Origin: an uncultured Pelagibacteraceae bacterium
GTDB taxonomy: Bacteria; Pseudomonadota; Alphaproteobacteria; Pelagibacterales; Pelagibacteraceae
Length of the DNA stretch: 64,000 bases
Reading direction: 5' to 3'
NCBI GenBank assembly: GCA_902577575.1
Contig: CACGZQ010000002.1
Span: 16,352-80,351, forward strand
Shown: in pieces, positions 55,983 through 64,000 of the stretch
Layout: each line of letters opens with the position of its first letter
Numbering within the stretch: position 1 is the first letter of the stretch
Notes under the pieces: generated by a model
The model's database searches: none
What the model was told of the DNA's origin: nothing
The model's input: only the letters and a program-made list of their open reading frames with translations
Made by a program: the position numbers and the translations under genes

Positions 55983-56515
55983 TAATTAGTCTTTTTCTTT
56001 CTTAAAAATGTCGATGATATTTGTATAGGTTTATTTTTAATAAATATAATATTCTTTTTTTTTAAATATTTTACCACTGTCGAGCCTTTACTCATTTTAT
56101 CATATCCTATTCGAGAAAAAACAACTAATTTTGTTAATTTTACTATTTTTTTCCAACTTTTCCATTTATGAAGTTCAGATAAAATATCTGAACCTATTAT
56201 AAAATATAGATTTTTTGGTTTTTTCTTTTTTAAGATATACTTCACCACATCTATAGATCTAGATGATCTAATAATACCGTCTAGGTACAAAATCTCTATA
56301 ATTTTAGACTTACCTACTATTTTTTTTATTTTATTTAATCTTTGTTTTAAAGAAAAAAAAGGTCTTTTTTTAAATGGATTTTTTTTGGTAACGACCCAAT
56401 AAACTTTTTTTAGTTTTATTTTTTTAATTGCAATTTTTGATATTTGTAGGTGTCCTTTATGTACAGGATCAAAGCTTCCACCAAGAATTCCAATTTCATT
56501 TTTAGAACTCAACAT
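55982..56515 (-). CDS. nadD: Nicotinate-nucleotide adenylyltransferase
   Basis: GGSFDPVHKGH, IGSD, ISST. Confidence 0.92.
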   Translation of the reverse strand: MLSSKNEIGILGGSFDPVHKGHLQISKIAIKKIKLKKVYWVVTKKNPFKKRPFFSLKQRLNKIKKIVGKSKIIEILYLDGIIRSSRSIDVVKYILKKKKPKNLYFIIGSDILSELHKWKSWKKIVKLTKLVVFSRIGYDKMSKGSTVVKYLKKKNIIFIKNKPIQISSTFLRKKKTN

Positions 56516-56518
56516 TAA

Positions 56519-57760
56519 TTATGATCTTATAATCCCTTCTCCTGAGACTACGTATTTGTAAGAGGTTAATTGATTTATGCCTACAGGCCCCCTTGGTGGA
56601 AGTTTATTCGTTGATATTCCTATTTCTCCACCAAAACCAAACTCTCCTCCATCGGCAAATTGTGTAGACACATTATGCATCGCAATTGAGCTATTAACTC
56701 CATCTAAAAAAATTTCCGCTTTTCTAGCATTATTTGTAATTATACTATCTGTATGCATGGTTCCATATTTTAAAATATGATTTATACCGTCATTAATATT
56801 TTTCACACTTTTAATAGATATTATGGCATCAAGATACTCTGTTCTCCAATCTTTCTCTTTAGCAATAGTTAATTTGTTTTTAAATAATTTATTAATTTTT
56901 TTATCTACTCGCACTTCACATCCTGACTCCTTAAGTGAGTCAATTATTTCTATTCCATGAGATTTAAGAGCGTTTTCTTCAATCAAAAGTGTTTCAACCG
57001 CTCCGCAAATACTTGTTCTTCTCATTTTTGCATTAATTATAATTTTTTTTGCCACTTCTAAATTTACAGTGTTATCAACGTAAATATGGCACAGACCCTC
57101 TAGGTGACCAATTACGTGAACATTAGAAAATTTTTGAACTTTAGAAACTAAACCTTTACCACCTCTCGGAACAATGACATCAATATATTTACTCATTTTT
57201 GAAAGCATATTGTCCACTATTTTTCTGTCTTTTCTATCTATAAACTGAACACAATTTTTATTTATTTTGTTTTTTTGTAGGACGTGTCTAAAAAGATCTG
57301 CTAATAGTTTGTTTGAGTTAAAAGCTTCAGAACCACCTCTTAAAATTGAGCAGTTACCAGATTTTAAACTCAAAGATGCAACATCGGCAGTCACGTTTGG
57401 CCTACTTTCATAAATTACACCAATTACTCCAATCGGTGTAGAAACTTTTTTAATATTTAATTTATTTGGTCTTGTCCACTTTTCTAAAACTTTACCTAAA
57501 GGATTTTTAAACTTAGAAATTTCATTAATCGAGTGTCTAATACTATCAATTCTTTTATCATTTAAAATTAGTCTGTCGACTAAATTTTTCCGCTTTACAT
57601 TTTTTACGTCTTTTAAATTTTTTTTAATAAGTATACTTTTATTATTTAGTATTTCTTTACTGTAATTATCTAAAACTTTTTTAATCTTATTATGCTTTAC
57701 GTCTTTTAAGTCTTCAAAAGCTTTTCTTGCATTTTTTCCAATTTTTTCTAAATACTGCAT
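56519..57760 (-). CDS. proA: Gamma-glutamyl phosphate reductase
   Basis: IYESRPNVT, VPRGG, CGAVET, FADGGEFGFGGEIGIST. Confidence 0.96.
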   Translation of the reverse strand: MQYLEKIGKNARKAFEDLKDVKHNKIKKVLDNYSKEILNNKSILIKKNLKDVKNVKRKNLVDRLILNDKRIDSIRHSINEISKFKNPLGKVLEKWTRPNKLNIKKVSTPIGVIGVIYESRPNVTADVASLSLKSGNCSILRGGSEAFNSNKLLADLFRHVLQKNKINKNCVQFIDRKDRKIVDNMLSKMSKYIDVIVPRGGKGLVSKVQKFSNVHVIGHLEGLCHIYVDNTVNLEVAKKIIINAKMRRTSICGAVETLLIEENALKSHGIEIIDSLKESGCEVRVDKKINKLFKNKLTIAKEKDWRTEYLDAIISIKSVKNINDGINHILKYGTMHTDSIITNNARKAEIFLDGVNSSIAMHNVSTQFADGGEFGFGGEIGISTNKLPPRGPVGINQLTSYKYVVSGEGIIRS

Positions 57761-59825
<2,065 letters not shown>

Positions 59826-59860
59826 TTATAATATAAATAACAGAAGTTATTTATATAGAT

Positions 59861-60115
59861 TTAGTTGGGGATTACAGAAACAAAAGTTCTGTTTAATTTT
59901 GATCTTTTAAATTTTACTTTTCCTTTAATTAAGGAAAAAATTGAGTGATCTTTACCCATTCCAACGTTTTCACCAGGATGGATTTTAGTACCTCTCTGTC
60001 TGACAATTATATTTCCAGGTATTACTAACTGGTCTCCGAAAATTTTAACACCTAAACGTCTTCCTTTACTATCTCGGCCGTTCTTTGAAGATCCACCTGC
60101 TTTTTTTGTTGCCAT
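59861..60115 (-). CDS. rpmA: 50S ribosomal protein L27
   Basis: [23 protein letters not shown]. Confidence 0.98.
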   Translation of the reverse strand: MATKKAGGSSKNGRDSKGRRLGVKIFGDQLVIPGNIIVRQRGTKIHPGENVGMGKDHSIFSLIKGKVKFKRSKLNRTFVSVIPN

Positions 60116-60126
60116 CTGTTACCCTA

Positions 60127-60531
60127 TTATTTTGCTTCCTTTTTTAAAACTTTTTTTTCCACTTTAGCAGTCTTCTTTTTTTCAATAATTTTTGCCTCAT
60201 CTATAACTTTGCCACCTTTTGCAAGTATCTTAGTAATTTGTATTTTAGAATGACGTTGTCTGTGTCCATTTTTTTTTCTAGAATGCTTTCTCCTTCTTTT
60301 GTGAAAAACTAATATTGTTCGGTCTTTAATGTTATCTAAGAGCTTTGCTTCGACGGTTGCGCCATCGACACTAGGATTTCCAACTTCAGTAACTTTGTCA
60401 TGATTTAAAAGTAAAACATTTTTAAATTTGATAGTTTCGCCTACTTTAGCATCAAGCTTTTCAATTTCCAAAATTTTACTAGTAGAAACTTTGTACTGTT
60501 TTCCACCTGTTTCAATAATTGCAAACGACAT
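60127..60531 (-). CDS. rplU: 50S ribosomal protein L21 with Lys-rich tail
   Basis: FAIIETGGKQYKV, KRRRK..RKKNGHRQ. Confidence 0.97.
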   Translation of the reverse strand: MSFAIIETGGKQYKVSTSKILEIEKLDAKVGETIKFKNVLLLNHDKVTEVGNPSVDGATVEAKLLDNIKDRTILVFHKRRRKHSRKKNGHRQRHSKIQITKILAKGGKVIDEAKIIEKKKTAKVEKKVLKKEAK

Positions 60532-60558
60532 AATCTTTTTTTTTTTAAGTTTTGAGGC

Positions 60559-60586
60559 AATATAGCCTTAAGCACTAACAAGTCAA
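60559..60586 (-). promoter_or_regulatory. Sigma70-like promoter of rplU-rpmA
   Basis: Minus strand TTGACT-N16-TATATT upstream of rplU. Confidence 0.6.
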
Positions 60587-60597
60587 GATTATTGAGA

Positions 60598-61356
60598 CTA
60601 AAAATTGTCTTTTAAATCTCTTAACCTTGAAAAAACCTCATCTTCAGAAGAGTTATTTAGATTTAATGATTTTTTTATAATTGGGTCGTCACATCTCAAA
60701 AATATATTAGTTTTAATTTCTTCTTTAATAGTTGTAGGCACGGTGGGTCGATTATTTTTTAATTCAGTTTCAATTTTAAATATCTTCTCTTTTAAAGAGA
60801 AGTTTTTTGGGTCATACTTTAGGCAAAAGTCTAAATTTGATTTTGTATATTCATGTCCACAATAAACTTTTGTATCAGGTGGTAGATTTTTAATCTTATT
60901 AAGCGAGTCATACATTTCCATTTTAGTGCCTTCAAAAATTCTTCCACATCCTAGTGAAAATAAAGTATCTCCGGTAAAAACTACTTTTTCTTTAGGAAAA
61001 AAAAAAGCGATGTGACCTTTGGTATGACCCGGTGTAAAAATTACTTCAAACTCTAAATTTCCAATTTTCGCTTTTTGACTTTCTTTTAGAATAATATCAA
61101 TTCCAGGAATTCTATCTTTGTCTAAATCAAAACCTAAAATTTTTGAATTATATTTTTCTTTGAGTTCTAAATTACCATCTACGTGATCAGCATGGTGATG
61201 AGTATTCAATATATAATCTAACTTATTATATTTTTTAATTATTTTGTCACAACTATTGAACTCTGAAGGATCTACTATTGCGACTGTATTTGTTTTCTTA
61301 TCAAATATCAAGTAACTAAAATTATCCGTTAAACATGAAATAATTTCTATAATCAT
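60598..61356 (-). CDS. gloB: Hydroxyacylglutathione hydrolase (glyoxalase II)
   Basis: THHHADHVDG, TPGHT.GH, FTGDTLF..GCGR.FEG, CGHEYT. Confidence 0.95.
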   Translation of the reverse strand: MIIEIISCLTDNFSYLIFDKKTNTVAIVDPSEFNSCDKIIKKYNKLDYILNTHHHADHVDGNLELKEKYNSKILGFDLDKDRIPGIDIILKESQKAKIGNLEFEVIFTPGHTKGHIAFFFPKEKVVFTGDTLFSLGCGRIFEGTKMEMYDSLNKIKNLPPDTKVYCGHEYTKSNLDFCLKYDPKNFSLKEKIFKIETELKNNRPTVPTTIKEEIKTNIFLRCDDPIIKKSLNLNNSSEDEVFSRLRDLKDNF

Positions 61357-61357
61357 T

Positions 61358-61951
61358 TTATCCTATTAAAAAAATACCTAGTTTTGAAAAAAGATTTTTG
61401 ATCTCTAAGTTACTTCTTTTTATTAGTGAAGTTTTATCTTCATTAACACCAATTGCTTTTTTAATATTCATATTTTTCTCATCGCAAAAATTAAATAAAT
61501 CTTTGATTGTACACATATGTAAATTAGGCGTATTATACCAAGTATTTGGTAAAGTTTTTGTGACTGGCATTTCACCGAAAAATAAAAGCTTTGTTCTTAC
61601 TTTCCAATAACCAAAATTTGGGATTGAAATGACTACGGACTCTCCTATTCGTAAAAGTTCTTTCAAAACTCTCTCAGGCTCGTAAAATGCTTGAAGCGTC
61701 TGACTTAGGATAACATAATCGAAAGATTGATTTGGGAATTGGTGCAATTCTGTTTCAGCGTCGCCTTGTATAACTGGTAGCCCTTTATTAATGCATTGTT
61801 GAACATTATCTTGATCAAGTTCTAGACCTCTTACCTCTATATTTTTATCTCTATTAAGAAGATCCATTAAAGATCCATCACCACAACCTACATCTAGAAC
61901 TCTAGTATCGTTTTTTAATAAATCTGCAATTACTTTAAATTCTTTTTTCAT
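61358..61951 (-). CDS. metW: Methionine biosynthesis protein MetW
   Basis: VLDVGCGDG, FDYVILSQTLQ, WYNTPNLH; downstream of metX. Start at 61951 or 61966. Confidence 0.92.
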   Translation of the reverse strand: MKKEFKVIADLLKNDTRVLDVGCGDGSLMDLLNRDKNIEVRGLELDQDNVQQCINKGLPVIQGDAETELHQFPNQSFDYVILSQTLQAFYEPERVLKELLRIGESVVISIPNFGYWKVRTKLLFFGEMPVTKTLPNTWYNTPNLHMCTIKDLFNFCDEKNMNIKKAIGVNEDKTSLIKRSNLEIKNLFSKLGIFLIG

Positions 61952-63074
61952 TTTTAAATTTTTCATACATAGTGTTAATAAAACTTTTTAAAGTCTTTAA
62001 AAATTCTGGCTCATTAAGTAAAAAGGAGTCATGGCCTTTATCAGTTATTATTTCAGAATATGAAACATCCGCACCTGAGGCGTTTAATGCTATTACAATA
62101 TCTTTATTATCTTTTGTTGTGTAAAGCCAATCAGAGGAAAAAGAGATAATTAAAAACTTTGTTTTTTGATTTTTAAAAGCCTCAACGAGACCACCTCTAA
62201 ATTGTTTAGAAAGGTCAAAATAGTCCATAGCTCTAGTTATATAAAGCACCGAATTTGCGTCAAACCTTTCTACAAAAGCATAACCTTGATGTCTTAAGTA
62301 ACTTTCAACTTGAAAGTCTGCGTTAAAACTAAATTCATAATCTGCTTTTTCTTGTAATTTTCTACCAAACTTTTCTTGCATCCCTTTTTCAGATAAATAA
62401 CTGATGTGTCCCACCATTCTCGCTACCGCTAATCCATTTTTCGGCTGCACGTTTTTTAAGGCGTATTTTCCATTATCCCAGACCGGATCCGCCATGATTG
62501 CTTGTCTGGCTAATTCATTCAAAGCGATATTTTGAGCACTATGGCTTGAACTACAAGCTATTGGAATAGCTGAGAAAGTCTTATTGGGAAATGTTGCACA
62601 AAATTGTAATAGTTGCATTCCTCCCATAGAACCTCCAGTTGCACATAAAAGTTTTTTAATTCCTAAATGGTCTAGTAATGATTCTTGAGCACGGACCATA
62701 TCTTTAATTGTAATAACTGGAAACTCTAATCCATAAGGCTTATTTGTATCAGGATTTATATTTCTTGGGCCAAGAGATCCCATGCAACCGCCAATTACAT
62801 TAGCACATATTACAAAATATTTATTTGTATCTATGGCTTTGTCGGGACCAACTGCAGTAACCCACCAACCTTCTTTATTAGTTATAGGATTAGTGCCAGT
62901 TACAAATTGATCTCCTGTGAGTGCGTGAAATACTAAAATGGCATTATCTTTACTATCATTAAGAGTGCCGTAAGTTTCATATGCTAATGGAAAATTACTA
63001 ATTGTCTTCCCACAATCTAGTTTTAATGGTTTAGAAACGTCAAGTCTCTTAATATTTTCAAATTTTACACTCAT
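61935..63074 (-). CDS. metX: Homoserine O-acyltransferase
   Basis: HALTGD, GGSMGG, FDANS, SDWLY, GHDSFLL. Confidence 0.95.
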   Translation of the reverse strand: MSVKFENIKRLDVSKPLKLDCGKTISNFPLAYETYGTLNDSKDNAILVFHALTGDQFVTGTNPITNKEGWWVTAVGPDKAIDTNKYFVICANVIGGCMGSLGPRNINPDTNKPYGLEFPVITIKDMVRAQESLLDHLGIKKLLCATGGSMGGMQLLQFCATFPNKTFSAIPIACSSSHSAQNIALNELARQAIMADPVWDNGKYALKNVQPKNGLAVARMVGHISYLSEKGMQEKFGRKLQEKADYEFSFNADFQVESYLRHQGYAFVERFDANSVLYITRAMDYFDLSKQFRGGLVEAFKNQKTKFLIISFSSDWLYTTKDNKDIVIALNASGADVSYSEIITDKGHDSFLLNEPEFLKTLKSFINTMYEKFKNEKRI

Positions 63075-63076
63075 TC

Positions 63077-63102
63077 AAAAAAAAAGCCCAGCTAAACTGG
63101 GC
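63077..63102 (-). terminator. Intrinsic terminator (riboswitch expression platform) just before the metX start
   Basis: Minus strand GCCCAG-UUUAG-CUGGGC followed by U9. Confidence 0.85.
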
Positions 63103-63104
63103 AT

Positions 63105-63157
63105 CCCCTTTTTAGCTATATTTATTATGCGCTTGCAATATGGTTAAATCAGCGCGA
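63105..63157 (-). ncRNA. SAM-II (SAM_alpha) riboswitch aptamer
   Basis: Minus strand UCGCGCUGAUUUAACCAUAUUGCAAGCGCAUAAUAAAUAUAGCUAAAAAGGGG matches the SAM-II pseudoknot consensus and lies upstream of metX. Confidence 0.95.
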
Positions 63158-63161
63158 TTAG

Positions 63162-63190
63162 TGTTTACTAGATCAACACAAACTTGTCAA
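63162..63190 (-). promoter_or_regulatory. Probable promoter of the SAM-II/metX leader
   Basis: Minus strand TTGACA-N17-TAAACA a few nt upstream of the aptamer. Confidence 0.55.
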
Positions 63191-63250
63191 TTTTATAAAG
63201 GATAAAGACATATAGAAAAACTCTGAAAATTTAGATAATACTTTAAAAAA

Positions 63251-64000
63251 ATGAGACTACCTAAACCAAATAAAATCATATCTGAAAAATATGTTGCAGG
63301 ATTAAGCCTGTTTAAGGGAAAACAATCGAAAATAAAACTTTCCGCCAATGAGTCTGCCTTAGGACCAAGTCCCAAGGCAATTAAAGAATATCTAAAAGTT
63401 TCAAAAAGTTTTAAAAGATACCCCGACTCAGATGGGACTTTTCTTAGGAAAATTTTATCTAAAAAATTTAAGTTAGATTCAGATAGAATAATTTTAGGAT
63501 CAGGATCTGATCAAATTTTTGAATTAATATGTAAAGCTTTTTTAAAAAAAGGAGATGAAGTAATAGTTCCAGAATATAGTTTCATCATTTATAGGATCTA
63601 TAGTAAAATGTGTGGTGCAAAAATAATTTATGCTAAAGAAAATAACTTTACTATTTCAATAGAAAATATTTTAAAGAAGGTAACAAGTAAAACAAAGATT
63701 GTTTTTTTGGCTAATCCAAATAACCCAACTGGAACATTTATAACAAAAAAACAAATTACAAAACTTAGAAAAAAATTAAGAAGTAATATTCTTTTGGTAG
63801 TAGATGATGCGTATTTTGAATATGTTAAATTACAGAAATATTCACCTGGACTTAATTTGTTTAAAAATCATAAAAATGTAGTTATGACTAGAACCTTTTC
63901 TAAAATTTATGGTTTAGCTGGATTGAGGATTGGTTGGGGATACTCATCTAAGAATATAATAAATGCTCTTAATAAAATAAAACCACCCTTTAATGTGGGA
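63251..64000 (+). CDS. hisC: Histidinol-phosphate aminotransferase (5' part; runs off window)
   Basis: Manual translation from ATG at 63251: KLSANESALGPSP, RYPD, GSGSDQ, ANPNNPTG, DDAYFEY, RTFSKIYGLAGLRIGW. Confidence 0.93.
   Translation, partial: MRLPKPNKIISEKYVAGLSLFKGKQSKIKLSANESALGPSPKAIKEYLKVSKSFKRYPDSDGTFLRKILSKKFKLDSDRIILGSGSDQIFELICKAFLKKGDEVIVPEYSFIIYRIYSKMCGAKIIYAKENNFTISIENILKKVTSKTKIVFLANPNNPTGTFITKKQITKLRKKLRSNILLVVDDAYFEYVKLQKYSPGLNLFKNHKNVVMTRTFSKIYGLAGLRIGWGYSSKNIINALNKIKPPFNVG

Noticed and set aside
60536-60546. T11 homopolymer upstream of rplU as a phase-variation tract
   Set aside because: Long A/T runs are frequent throughout this sequence; it is an A-rich leader of an essential gene

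Overview
AT-rich, very compact alphaproteobacterial chromosome segment. Gene content, order and tiny or overlapping intergenic gaps point to a SAR11/Pelagibacterales genome (inference). It is mostly core genome: partial argG, the ccmCDEFGH cytochrome c maturation genes, a 2-hydroxy/2-oxo-acid cluster (lldD-like, aminotransferase, glcDEF, glyoxylate reductase, TakP-type TRAP transporter, amidase), ftsY/dapF, ffh-rpsP-trmD-rplS, leuCDB-asd, sdhCDAB-mmsA-mdh-[inserted membrane protein]-sucCDAB-lpdA, priA, atpHAGDC, an opposite-strand block rplU-rpmA-obg-proBA-nadD-rsfS-ctpA-rppH, gloB, metXW and partial hisC. No rRNA, tRNA, CRISPR array, transposase, integrase or phage gene was recognised. Non-coding elements are a SAM-II riboswitch with a terminator upstream of metX, the ffh leader RNA, and a terminator after the TRAP binding protein gene. 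The most notable observations are: (i) SdhD lacks the heme-b ligand His and both anchors have bulky residues at the heme-packing glycines, suggesting a heme-free complex II; (ii) an unexplained 15-bp hairpin with a CUCCCUCCC loop between hspQ and ccmC, a candidate sRNA; (iii) a TRAP-plus-amidase module of unknown substrate attached to the glycolate cluster; (iv) a GT-C-like membrane gene inserted between mdh and sucC; (v) rimM and rlmH missing from their usual operons. All alignments were done by eye against remembered reference motifs; no searches were run.
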